DNA of 64,000 nt from Nitrospira sp. (GTDB lineage: Bacteria; Nitrospirota; Nitrospiria; Nitrospirales; Nitrospiraceae), in contig JAHBWR010000002.1 of assembly GCA_019636875.1 (NCBI GenBank), forward strand, positions 10,277 through 74,276. The letters are read 5' to 3'. Below, one piece after another: positions 48,948 through 58,406 of the stretch (positions are counted from its first letter, which is position 1; each line of letters opens with the position of its first letter). A program made the position numbers and the translations under genes. Under the pieces are notes generated by a model. That model had not been told where the DNA came from. It saw only the letters and a program-made list of their open reading frames with translations, and ran no database searches.

Positions 48948-50765
48948 GTGGAGTATCTACAGCACAACTTGGAGAGGCTTCATCCTCGATGGCCGGCTCT
49001 CGCTATGGCCATACGGGAAAGTGCTGGAAACGTCCTAACCGTGACGCCTTCGCGTGAAGGCGCCCCCTCTGCCATGTATCAAGGTCAATGGGTCCACAGT
49101 GCCTACGATCCTCGTACGGAAGCAAGATCTTGGGCAGAGCAACAAGTGGGTGAATGGAAGCGGGGAGAGTTGGGTGTCATCCTCGGGGTTGGGTTGCTGT
49201 ATCACATCGAGGCCTTGGCTCAGGTTATCCCACACGATTCCCGTCTCGTCGTTGTCGTGCCAAATTTATGCGTCCTCAAAGATGCACTAGGAGTGAGGCC
49301 GCTCGGTCCCTGGCTCGACACGCTTACCTGGGTCACGGGGACCGCACAGGAGATGGCCGAGCAGCTGGCCTCACACGCTACGCCGTTGCGATTCTTTACC
49401 TATGGGGCGGCGGCGCGAGTCCATGCTGAGGAACACCAGCGGCTTGAGGCCAGCTTGCGGCGAATCGTTGCCGCGCAAGCAGGAGGCCGCCTGCACGTGG
49501 CGGTGGTCGGTCCGATTTATGGTGGCTCGCTTCCGATTGCCCGTTATGCCGTCCGCGCCCTCGGCGAGTTAGGTCACCGGGTTACGTATGTCGATCATAG
49601 TGTTCATCATGCCAGTTATCAGGCCTTTGAAAACTATCGGGATGAACGATCTCGACTGACCGTGCAGAGCCGCTTTGCCGATGTCCTGAGTCTCAGTACC
49701 ATGGCCACCATCGCCGAGGATCCTCCCGACCTCGTGCTGGCTATTGCCCAGGCTCCGTTGTCGTTGGCTGTCCTCCAACATTTGCAGAAAAAAAAGTTTC
49801 TGACGGCCATGTGGTTCGTGGAAAATTTCAGGCATCTCACATACTGGCAACAACTGGCGGCCGGGTATGAGTACTGGTTCGTCATTCAACAGGCGGAGTG
49901 CATGGACGCACTGAAGCGGGCCGGAGCTACGCAGGTGCACTACCTTCCCATGGCAGCGGATCCGGTCGTCCATCATCCCATTACCCTGACGGGTGATGAA
50001 CAGCAGGCGTATGGGGCCGACGTTTCGTTTGTCGGAGCAGGATACGCCAATCGACGCCGTCTCTTGCCTCAGTGGCTCACCAAGGAATGGTCCTTCAAGC
50101 TGTGGGGAAATGAGTGGGATGGTGCAACGGATCTCTCCGGCGTCCTCCAACGAAACGGAGCCCGTATCGATACTGATACCTGCATGAAGGTGTTCAATGC
50201 GACAACCATTAATCTGAATCTCCATTCCGTTTCTGGTATGGGACTGGATGCTCATCCTGATTTTGTGAACCCTCGCACGTTTGAGCTTGCTGCATGCGGA
50301 GCGTTCCAACTCGTGGATGAACGATCCCTGCTTTCAGAGCTTTTCACGCCTGAGGAGATGGTGTGCTTTCGAAGCCCAGATGAGGTTCCATCATTAATTC
50401 GGACATGGCTTAAGGACTCGGGCGGGCGGCGAGCCTATGCAGAGGCCGCGCAACGGCGCGTGTTGCGTGAACATACCTATCGACACCGGATGCAGGATCT
50501 CCTCGCTGCAGTGGGCCTGCATCAGCCCGATCGAATTGGCTCGATCTTGCGTGGCGAGCGATCCGCGACTGAACTACAGCGTCGGACAGATTCCGCGACC
50601 GAACTCTCTCCGTTGCTCAGCCGATTTCCTCCCGGCCAGCGGGTCGAGCTCAAAGATCTTGCGGCCGATATCCGGGCACGGGCGCCCGGTCGCGAGCTGA
50701 ACCGAGAGGAATTGCTGGTCCTCATGTTGGATAGTTATCGAGGCGAGACGAGGGATTTGTTGTGA
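48948..50765 (+). CDS. Maf-like N-terminal domain fused to CgeB-type glycosyltransferase
   Basis: NLERL..P.LA..VHSAYDPRTEA..LGVGLLYH (Maf N-terminus); VSFVGAGY, NPRTFELAACGAFQ, HTYRHR (CgeB-like). Confidence 0.82.
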   Translation: MEYLQHNLERLHPRWPALAMAIRESAGNVLTVTPSREGAPSAMYQGQWVHSAYDPRTEARSWAEQQVGEWKRGELGVILGVGLLYHIEALAQVIPHDSRLVVVVPNLCVLKDALGVRPLGPWLDTLTWVTGTAQEMAEQLASHATPLRFFTYGAAARVHAEEHQRLEASLRRIVAAQAGGRLHVAVVGPIYGGSLPIARYAVRALGELGHRVTYVDHSVHHASYQAFENYRDERSRLTVQSRFADVLSLSTMATIAEDPPDLVLAIAQAPLSLAVLQHLQKKKFLTAMWFVENFRHLTYWQQLAAGYEYWFVIQQAECMDALKRAGATQVHYLPMAADPVVHHPITLTGDEQQAYGADVSFVGAGYANRRRLLPQWLTKEWSFKLWGNEWDGATDLSGVLQRNGARIDTDTCMKVFNATTINLNLHSVSGMGLDAHPDFVNPRTFELAACGAFQLVDERSLLSELFTPEEMVCFRSPDEVPSLIRTWLKDSGGRRAYAEAAQRRVLREHTYRHRMQDLLAAVGLHQPDRIGSILRGERSATELQRRTDSATELSPLLSRFPPGQRVELKDLAADIRARAPGRELNREELLVLMLDSYRGETRDLL

Positions 50766-52444
50766 CCAAGCAAGTGTTGATCATCAATATTACTCGAATG
50801 GGTGATCTCGTTCAGATGGGAGCCCTGTTGAACCGACTTCAAGAAGAATGGCCGGGAGCCTCGGTGGATCTGGTTGTGGACCGGCGGTTCGCTTCGGTGG
50901 CGGCCTTGATGACGGGTTTGCGGGACGTGATCCCGTTCGATTTCCACGTGCTCATCGACGAGAGCCGAGCCGCGGTAAAAGATGTGGTCTCACTCTACCA
51001 AGGGGTGAACGCCTGGGTGCGCCCCCTTACCGAACGGCGTTACGATCGTATTATCAACCTCACGTTCAATCGGCCCAGTGCCCTCTTGGCTGGTGCGATC
51101 GGAGCAGCGGACATTCGCGGCGCGCGAAGCGCATGGGACGGTGGAATGGTGGTCGACAATCCATGGATGGCCTATTTTTGTGATTTCCACCAATTCCGCC
51201 GGTTCAATCGATTTAATCTCGTGGACGTATATGCGTTAGGTGGCAGCGGTCTCGGTTCGTTTGCGCCACTGCAGGCCAGGATTCCGGCAGAGGATCGCCT
51301 CTGGGCCAGGCACGTTCTGGTAGGACCGTCTCAGTGGGTTGCCGTTCAGGCCGGGGCTAGTGATGTTATGAAGGCATGGCGTCCGCATTTATTTGGCTTG
51401 TCACTGGCACAACTCTCTCACCAATGGGATGGTGGTCTTGCCTTCATCGGCAGTGCCGATGAGGAAGGGACCATTGCTCAGGTCATGCAGGCCTATCGAG
51501 AGGCGGGGGGCCGGAATGCGGTCAAGAACCTCGCAGGTCGTACGACCTTAAGTCAGCTCGCCGCGCTCTTGTCGGAATGCCGAACGCTCCTGACGAATGA
51601 TACGGGCCCTATGCATATCGGAGTTGCAGCGGGAACCTCGGTGATCGATCTTTCAGTGGGTCACGTGGATTTCCAAGAAACGGGTCCCTACGGGAGGGGG
51701 CATTGGGTTATTCAACCTGAACTCGATTGTGCTCCCTGTGGGTTTGAGCAGGTCTGTGCCCATCATGCCTGCAAGGATCGGATTGCACCGGACCTCGTGG
51801 CGGATCTGTTGCTTCATATCTTGAAGGGTGCACCGCCACCATCACGAGCGACGGGTGTGCGGTTGTATCGGTCGGATGTCGATGAGGATGGATTGGGGAC
51901 GTTCCGCTTGACCTCAGGATCGGAAGCCGTTGGAACGGCGTGGTATGCCGGCTTCTGGCGCCGGTATTGGTATGAGACCTACACCGGAGTTGAGAGTAGG
52001 GTTCCGGCACCCGAGGGGGCACCCCCTGATGAGCAGCAGGCAAGAGCATCCCTGCAACGGTTGATTCCGCTTCTCACGGCTGCGTGCCGGAAAGCCGAGG
52101 AAATCGCTCATATGGCTGGTCGGAAAACCGTGAACATTGCCAAGATCACACAGCTTCAACAGCAGCAGGGGAAAGAAAAGGAGCGGCTGGTTCTTACCGG
52201 CATGGGCAATTCGGCCACGGCACCGGTGACCGCTGCCTTTCTGCGACAACTCCAAAATGACAACGTCAAGGGCTTGGACCGGTTAGCGCATCACCATGCA
52301 GGTGCCTATCGAACGCTTCTGACAAGGGTATTAGATATTGATCGACGGTTTTTCGGTTCACGTGCAAATTCAAGTGACTCCTGTCCCTCACCGAGTCTCA
52401 GACCATCTATGCGCCAGACTGGATCGACGCAACACGCTGCGTGA
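50762..52444 (+). CDS. GT9 (heptosyltransferase-like) glycosyltransferase with helical C-terminal extension
   Basis: TRMGDLVQ, NDTGPMH, ETGPYG, CAPC..C..HAC; C-terminal helical tail. Confidence 0.88.
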   Translation: MTKQVLIINITRMGDLVQMGALLNRLQEEWPGASVDLVVDRRFASVAALMTGLRDVIPFDFHVLIDESRAAVKDVVSLYQGVNAWVRPLTERRYDRIINLTFNRPSALLAGAIGAADIRGARSAWDGGMVVDNPWMAYFCDFHQFRRFNRFNLVDVYALGGSGLGSFAPLQARIPAEDRLWARHVLVGPSQWVAVQAGASDVMKAWRPHLFGLSLAQLSHQWDGGLAFIGSADEEGTIAQVMQAYREAGGRNAVKNLAGRTTLSQLAALLSECRTLLTNDTGPMHIGVAAGTSVIDLSVGHVDFQETGPYGRGHWVIQPELDCAPCGFEQVCAHHACKDRIAPDLVADLLLHILKGAPPPSRATGVRLYRSDVDEDGLGTFRLTSGSEAVGTAWYAGFWRRYWYETYTGVESRVPAPEGAPPDEQQARASLQRLIPLLTAACRKAEEIAHMAGRKTVNIAKITQLQQQQGKEKERLVLTGMGNSATAPVTAAFLRQLQNDNVKGLDRLAHHHAGAYRTLLTRVLDIDRRFFGSRANSSDSCPSPSLRPSMRQTGSTQHAA

Positions 52445-52471
52445 ATTCCTCTTGGAAGAAGGAGACATCGT

Positions 52472-53017
52472 ATGCAGATCAGACTAGATGATGAGCAATG
52501 GGTGGCGCCGACCGATGCGTCATTGGAGGAGGTCTTTGCCGAGTTGAGCGAGCGTGCGCACGCCAAAGCGCGTATTGTGACGACCATGACGCTCGATCGG
52601 CGCCGACTGACGGATCGCGATCTGGAGCCAGGATTACTGAAAGAATCTTCCGCCAAGTTCGGGAACCTCGTCGCGATGTCACGCACCCAAGAGGAAATCA
52701 TCGAAGATGCCCGTGGTGCAATCCGTCGATACCGAGAACTGGTCGTTCAGGAAGGAAGCTCACTGGCACGTCAGCTTCGGCTGGGCCACCAGGAACTCCC
52801 CTCACTGGATCGATGGTTGGGGAAGGTAGCCGATCTGCTGGAATTGATCGGAAACCAGGCGTCCAATCCCGAAGCGGACTCGATGGTCAGCGACAAGGCC
52901 AAATGGATCGAGGAGCTCCTGACCGCACGGCAGCTCAGCGATACGGTTCGGATGGCTGATCTGCTCGAGTATGAAATCCTCCCGAGGCTGTCCTCCGATA
53001 ACGCCGGTATCCGTTAA
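52472..53017 (+). CDS. Hypothetical flagellin-associated helical protein
   Basis: GAAGGAG RBS; C-terminal ADLLEYEILP; last gene before the fliC promoter. Confidence 0.65.
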   Translation: MQIRLDDEQWVAPTDASLEEVFAELSERAHAKARIVTTMTLDRRRLTDRDLEPGLLKESSAKFGNLVAMSRTQEEIIEDARGAIRRYRELVVQEGSSLARQLRLGHQELPSLDRWLGKVADLLELIGNQASNPEADSMVSDKAKWIEELLTARQLSDTVRMADLLEYEILPRLSSDNAGIR

Positions 53018-53066
53018 GTACCGTTGCAGAGCAGTGCCTCCGCTCTCTGGTGGTTGGTCTGAAGGC

Positions 53067-53093
53067 TCAAGTCCCACTGGGAACGGCCGATAA
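53067..53093 (+). promoter_or_regulatory. sigma28 promoter of fliC
   Basis: TCAA-N15-GCCGATAA ~100 bp before fliC. Confidence 0.85.
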
Positions 53094-53114
53094 GACAGGC
53101 ACGCCACGTAGAGG

Positions 53115-53185
53115 CGTAATGGAATACGGCTTCTGCACGGATGTCGGAAGCACAGCAACGGATGGTGTTCTAGTTTCAAGGAGGA
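53115..53185 (+). promoter_or_regulatory. CsrA-binding array in the fliC 5' UTR
   Basis: ATGGA 53119, ACGGA 53137, ACGGA 53158, AAGGA 53178 (in the SD); the first two lie in hairpin loops. Confidence 0.75.
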
Positions 53186-53191
53186 AGGGCA

Positions 53192-54019
53192 ATGGCTCTT
53201 ATCGTTAACAACAACCCCGCGTCCATTGCGGCGCAGCGGAACCTCGCGATCAACACCCTGAGTCTGAACCGTTCGGTCGAACGGTTGTCATCCGGTCTGC
53301 GGGTGACCCGCGCTGCGGACGATGCCGCCGGGCTCGGTTTGTCCGAGTCGTTGCGCGCACAGATTCGTAGTATCAACCAGGCGACTCGAAATGCCTCGGA
53401 CGGCATCAGTCTGACGCAGATCGCAGACGGTGCCGCCGCGACGATCGGTTCGTTGCTGGCTCGACTTCGAGAGTTGTCTTCACAGTCCGCCAGCGGAACG
53501 GTGGGCGTCACGGAACGGTCCTATATCGATCAAGAATTTCTTGCTTTGCGCTCCGAAATCGACCGGATCGCGCAAGTGACGGAGTTCAACGGGCAGGCCT
53601 TGACCAGTGGGACCACGATCAGCTTCTCCGTCGCCATCGGGTTCCGTAGCGGATCGGGGAATACGTTGGACCTGGCGCTCAACGATATCACGACGACCTC
53701 GTTGGGGTTGAGCACGGTGAACGTGTCAACCTCCGCGAATGCGACCAGCGCGTTGGCAAACATCGATAATGCCATCAGCGCGATTGCGAGTGCACGAGCG
53801 GAATATGGATCGATTCAGAATCGGTTCGAAGCGACGATCGCGAATCTGCAGGTCACGAGTGAAAACCTCACGGCTGCAGAATCACGGATCCGCGATGCCG
53901 ACATCGCACTCGAAACATCGATCTTCACGAAGAACCAGATCTTGGTGCAGGCAGGTATTGCGACGTTGGCACAAGCCAACACCTTGCCGCAACAGGCGCT
54001 GGCGTTACTCAGAGGATAA
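53192..54019 (+). CDS. fliC: Flagellin (minimal, 275 aa)
   Basis: ERLSSGLRV..AADDAAGL, NASDGIS, AESRIRDAD, LAQANTLPQQAL. Confidence 0.98.
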   Translation: MALIVNNNPASIAAQRNLAINTLSLNRSVERLSSGLRVTRAADDAAGLGLSESLRAQIRSINQATRNASDGISLTQIADGAAATIGSLLARLRELSSQSASGTVGVTERSYIDQEFLALRSEIDRIAQVTEFNGQALTSGTTISFSVAIGFRSGSGNTLDLALNDITTTSLGLSTVNVSTSANATSALANIDNAISAIASARAEYGSIQNRFEATIANLQVTSENLTAAESRIRDADIALETSIFTKNQILVQAGIATLAQANTLPQQALALLRG

Positions 54020-54040
54020 TTGGCAGCACGTCGTCCACCA

Positions 54041-54064
54041 CCCCTCTCCTCATGAGGAGAGGGG
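54041..54064 (+). terminator. Perfect 24-bp palindrome after fliC
   Basis: CCCCTCTCCTCATGAGGAGAGGGG; no U-tract. Confidence 0.6.
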
Positions 54065-54096
54065 ACCGGTGAGCGAAGTGATATAAGGGGGGTATC

Positions 54097-54456
54097 ATGA
54101 TCACCAATGTTACATCGAAGGTGGATCTCCCGACCACTGCCAACCGGAAAAGTCAAACCGATGCTCCTCCCACGAACACACGTGTGGCTGAGCATGCACG
54201 GGGTTCAGAGTTCACGCCCGCGTCTCCGACGCAGCGAGCTGCGCTTGAACAAGCCGTGGGCAAGGTAAGGGAAGCGTTGCAGCAATCGGGTTCACACTTG
54301 CAGATCGAAGTGGATCAAGAACTTCAACGAGTCGTCGTCAAGATTTTGAAGGGAGACTCGGGAGAGGTGATCCGGCAGATTCCTCCTCAGGAGGTGATTG
54401 ATCTGGCCAAGAATTTGGCCAATCACAAGGGTCTGCTCTTTGAAGAACATGTCTGA
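54097..54456 (+). CDS. flaG: Flagellar protein FlaG
   Basis: VVVKI..SGEVIRQIPPQE; between fliC and fliD. Confidence 0.93.
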   Translation: MITNVTSKVDLPTTANRKSQTDAPPTNTRVAEHARGSEFTPASPTQRAALEQAVGKVREALQQSGSHLQIEVDQELQRVVVKILKGDSGEVIRQIPPQEVIDLAKNLANHKGLLFEEHV

Positions 54457-54477
54457 TCCGACGCACAAGGATGTGAA

Positions 54478-55884
54478 ATGCCGACGATAAGTTTCGGAGG
54501 CCTAGGGAACGGGCTGGATTTTGGACAGGTCGTCGATCAACTGGTGAAGGTGGCACAACTACCGGTTGATCGACTGACCAAGAAGCGAACGGATCTCAAT
54601 ACCAAGCTGACCGATCTGACGACGGTGAGCACCAAAGTGGCGGGGTTGCAGAGCGCCGCGGAGGCGCTCAGGCTTTCGACCTCGTTCGACCGGACCACGG
54701 TATCCGTCAGTGACTCGACGGTGTTGTCCGCCTCCGCCTCTTCTTCTGGGGCAACGGGGACCTACAGCGTGCGGGTCGTGCAGCTGGCACAATCTCATCA
54801 GATCGTCAGTAAGGCGGCCAAAGCGGTGTCATCAGAGACTTCGGACATTGTCAGTGGCGGATCTGCCACATTCACCTTCCAGGTAGGGTCCGGATCTAGC
54901 CAAACCGTGAATTTAGGATCGACCGCCACATTGGCGGACCTGCGGGACCAAATCAACGATCTTGGAGCGGGAGTGACAGCCTCGCTGATCAATACCGGGA
55001 CGGAAGCAACCCCGTCATACCGGTTGGCGTTATCGTCCAACAACACGGGGAGCGACAACGCGATTACCATTGTTGCCGACGGCACGGATCTGGATCTCTT
55101 GAACAGCAGTGGTACCGGTGGGATTGATACGCTGTCGGCCGCCCAGAATGCTCAGGTCGAGATCGGAGATCAGTCGCTTGATCCGTTGACGATTGAGCGT
55201 AGTTCGAACACGATCAGCGATGCCATCCCAGGACTCTCTCTGACGCTCACCAAGACGACAGGAACGGAAACGGTTCAGGTAAGCCTGTCTCAGGACGTCA
55301 ATGCCGTCAAAACGAATATCAAGGCCTTGGCAACCGCATACAATGAGGTCGTGAAATTTATCAACGAACGAACGACCTACGACGTGACGACCAAGCAAGG
55401 CGGCGTGTTCTTTAACGAGTCATCCGCTAGAACCGTCATTGCGCAACTCCGGACCGCACTATCATCCACCGTAAGCGGCGCCACTACCTACTCGAGTGTT
55501 GGACAAATCGGGTTTAAGACTGAGCGTGACGGGACCATCACGGTCGATGATGGGCAGCTGACCACCGCCTTGAGCACCAACTATAGTGCGGTGAAAGCAC
55601 TCTTCACCAATCAGGGCGCGGTAGCAGGCTTGGCCCAATCGCTCGTCTCCGCTGTGGATGCGTTAAACGACATCGCAGGTGGCGCCCTCACGGTTCGCAA
55701 GAATGGCTTAACAAACGAGATCACTCGAGTGGGCAACGACATCGCCAGGCAGGAAGATGCCGTGAGTCGCTATGAAGAGCGACTCAGACGCCAGTTTGCT
55801 GCGCTGGACGGACTCCTGCGCCAACTCCAGGGACAAAGTAGCTTTCTGCAATCTCAGTCTTCATCGAATCAATCTCAAAACTAG
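54478..55884 (+). CDS. fliD: Filament cap FliD
   Basis: GLGNGLD, VVQLAQ, SSNTISDAIPGL, RLRRQFAALD. Confidence 0.96.
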   Translation: MPTISFGGLGNGLDFGQVVDQLVKVAQLPVDRLTKKRTDLNTKLTDLTTVSTKVAGLQSAAEALRLSTSFDRTTVSVSDSTVLSASASSSGATGTYSVRVVQLAQSHQIVSKAAKAVSSETSDIVSGGSATFTFQVGSGSSQTVNLGSTATLADLRDQINDLGAGVTASLINTGTEATPSYRLALSSNNTGSDNAITIVADGTDLDLLNSSGTGGIDTLSAAQNAQVEIGDQSLDPLTIERSSNTISDAIPGLSLTLTKTTGTETVQVSLSQDVNAVKTNIKALATAYNEVVKFINERTTYDVTTKQGGVFFNESSARTVIAQLRTALSSTVSGATTYSSVGQIGFKTERDGTITVDDGQLTTALSTNYSAVKALFTNQGAVAGLAQSLVSAVDALNDIAGGALTVRKNGLTNEITRVGNDIARQEDAVSRYEERLRRQFAALDGLLRQLQGQSSFLQSQSSSNQSQN

Positions 55885-55895
55885 GATCATCAGCT

Positions 55896-56291
55896 ATGCT
55901 CACCCAGTATGCGCGTCAGTACGAACAGACCCAGGTCGTGACATCCTCCGGGGTCCAGTTGGTTGTGTTGCTCTATGACGGTGCCATTCAGTCGATTGAG
56001 ATCGCGAGGCGAGAGATTCAGATGAACAATGTCCGAGAGAAGGCACGACACCTTGGGCGAGCCATCGCCATCATTGGAGAGCTGAACAGTGTGTTGGATC
56101 ATGAGCAAGGCGGAGCCATCGCGAGATCGTTACGGAGGTTGTACGACTACATGATGGCAGAGCTGGTTGAAGCGAATGTGCGTAACAATGAGCAGAGGCT
56201 GGAAGGGCCTCTCCGTTGCCTGATCACGTTGCGCGAAGCATGGCGCGAAGTCGCTGCCCAACAGCAGTCTCGCATGGCGGGAGTACGATGA
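55896..56291 (+). CDS. fliS: Flagellin chaperone FliS
   Basis: LVVLLYDGAI, LRRLYDY, LREAW. Confidence 0.96.
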   Translation: MLTQYARQYEQTQVVTSSGVQLVVLLYDGAIQSIEIARREIQMNNVREKARHLGRAIAIIGELNSVLDHEQGGAIARSLRRLYDYMMAELVEANVRNNEQRLEGPLRCLITLREAWREVAAQQQSRMAGVR

Positions 56292-56614
56292 GTGCTCCGA
56301 GGCCTCACCATACGTCCGAGATCGAGCGACTCACCAAAGTTGCCGTTGATGCCGCTCAATCAGGGCAATGGGATGTGGTCATCCAATGCTACCGAGACCG
56401 GGGAAATCTCTTGGAAACGATGCACCCCATACTCGAACAGGGAGATGAATTGTTACAGTTGGACCGCCAGGTTTTCAACCACGTACAGACCACACAGGCC
56501 GTGCTGACATCGCTGTTAGGGGAAGCTGCGGCGACCAAACGCCGATTACAAGGGCTCCGTCAACGACTAGGGGGGGCTGCCTTGGCGCCCGAGGCGATGT
56601 CCGTGGAAGCCTAA
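56288..56614 (+). CDS. FliT-like chaperone
   Basis: 108-aa helical protein (GQWD..YRDR) with ATGA overlap on fliS; call is positional. Confidence 0.6.
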   Translation: MSAPRPHHTSEIERLTKVAVDAAQSGQWDVVIQCYRDRGNLLETMHPILEQGDELLQLDRQVFNHVQTTQAVLTSLLGEAAATKRRLQGLRQRLGGAALAPEAMSVEA

Positions 56615-56632
56615 TCGAACTAGGAATGGACA

Positions 56633-57754
56633 ATGGCAAGCGAGGAGCTGCCTCCAGCCAATCTCCAGCGAACACCTGATCCCCAGCTGCTCCCGACCAA
56701 CCAGCGACTGGAATCGCTCCATCAGTTGCTTGCCGCGGTGGCGGCCTGCCAAGACGAACATGACATACTCAAGACGTTGACAAGACGATTGCCCGAGCTG
56801 ATCCCCGCTGATGCGATCGGAATCGCTCGATCAAGGTGTGAGCATGTCCGGCTCTGGTCGAGTGATCAGAGTCGAGAAACAGAGGCACGTCTCCGTCGCT
56901 ACCTCCTTCGACGTCTCGGTCTTGTGGCTCCTGATACGCCTCAGCCCGCAAGGCCCCGACGGTCGGGGCGTTCACGACATCTTTCGCTCGTGCCAAGGTC
57001 GGGGTGCACCTTCCTAGAGCCCGATGAACGACCGACGAATGCACATGAAATATCCTTGGCCTTAGGACAGGAAGAGGGAGGTCTATTCTTGGTTAAGAGA
57101 AACGGCCACGAGGCGTTCTCCGAGTGGGAAAGACAGGCGCTTCATATCGTCGGTACGGTCCTAGCGGTGTCTTTTCGGAATGCCGAATCTCGGCGATTTC
57201 AGCAGGACCTCGACCGTTGCGATTCGTTGACCGCCATACTCAATAGCCATGCGTTCGATGGTGCCTTGACCCGTGAATTGCGTGTCGGGCAACGCTACGG
57301 AATCACGGCTTGTTTGCTGGTGATCGGACTCGATTACTTCAGAACCGTCAATGATCGTCTTGGCCACGAAGCAGGGGATCACGTGCTTCGATCGGCAGCG
57401 GCGGTGATACGCGAGATGGTGCGTGACACTGATATCGTGGGGCGATGCGGAGGTGACACCTTCGGAGTGGTCCTCCCGCATACGGAGAGGCGGCAAGCCT
57501 GTCATCTGGCGGAGCGATTGAGAGAACGCATCGAGCGTCACCTGTTTATCAGTCGATCGGGGCAGGTTCGTATTACGGCAAGCATGGGAGTAGCTGTGGC
57601 TCCGGATTTGGACGTCGCGACGAGCTCGGATTGGGCAACGATTGCCGGGTCTGCCTTGAAGGAGGCGAAGGCTCAAGGAAGAAACTGCGTGGCCATCCAT
57701 GTGCCGCAACCGCCGGCGTTGGCCTGTGCCGTTGCACTCAGTCTGGCGGCATAA
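56633..57754 (+). CDS. Degenerate GGDEF protein (GGDTF) with GAF-like N-terminus
   Basis: DSLT..LN, VNDRLGHEAGD, RDTD I-site, GGDTF, AKAQGRNCV. Confidence 0.85.
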   Translation: MASEELPPANLQRTPDPQLLPTNQRLESLHQLLAAVAACQDEHDILKTLTRRLPELIPADAIGIARSRCEHVRLWSSDQSRETEARLRRYLLRRLGLVAPDTPQPARPRRSGRSRHLSLVPRSGCTFLEPDERPTNAHEISLALGQEEGGLFLVKRNGHEAFSEWERQALHIVGTVLAVSFRNAESRRFQQDLDRCDSLTAILNSHAFDGALTRELRVGQRYGITACLLVIGLDYFRTVNDRLGHEAGDHVLRSAAAVIREMVRDTDIVGRCGGDTFGVVLPHTERRQACHLAERLRERIERHLFISRSGQVRITASMGVAVAPDLDVATSSDWATIAGSALKEAKAQGRNCVAIHVPQPPALACAVALSLAA

Positions 57755-57773
57755 CGCCAATCGGAAGGTACCC

Positions 57774-58382
57774 ATGACTTCACTCAGCACAACATCATCG
57801 GTTCCGCCGGTCGAGATCTCACAGGACGAACGGCGTGAATGGATCAGAATCGACGATCGGATATTGATGGAATATCGCATCGTGACCGAGTCGGGGAATG
57901 CTCTTCCCGTCACGGCGGCACTTCCGACGGCTCAGTCGATTTCTGAAGCCGTGGCGAAACCCACGGCGGAACTTCTTGCTCGCTCAGGTGAATCGGTGAT
58001 GGCCTCACCGATGCTGCCATGGATCATGAAGGTGGATTATCTCCTCGAGGTCATCTTGAACTCCTTGGCGGCCAGTCGACCAGAGACGGTCAACATTGCT
58101 CGACTGACGGATGTCAATTTGAGCGGGGGAGGAGTAGGATTTGCGGCTTCACAGGAGTTTGTGAGCGGGGATCATCTGATGCTCAAGCTGATTCTCCCTC
58201 CGTTTACTCCGATTCAGACCACCGTCCGAGTCATCCGATCGGAGCCGTTGACACAGGGCCAGGGGTTCATGATCGCGACGGAATTCATTGATCTGAAGCC
58301 CGATGATCAGGAGCATCTGATCCGCCACATTCTTCAAACACAGGCGGAACGACTGCGATCGCGTCGAAAATCCCCAACATAG
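57774..58382 (+). CDS. PilZ-domain protein
   Basis: RREWIR (RxxxR) and NLSGGG separated by a helical insert. Confidence 0.8.
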   Translation: MTSLSTTSSVPPVEISQDERREWIRIDDRILMEYRIVTESGNALPVTAALPTAQSISEAVAKPTAELLARSGESVMASPMLPWIMKVDYLLEVILNSLAASRPETVNIARLTDVNLSGGGVGFAASQEFVSGDHLMLKLILPPFTPIQTTVRVIRSEPLTQGQGFMIATEFIDLKPDDQEHLIRHILQTQAERLRSRRKSPT

Positions 58383-58406
58383 GCACACCCTCACAAACCT
58401 GCTGGG

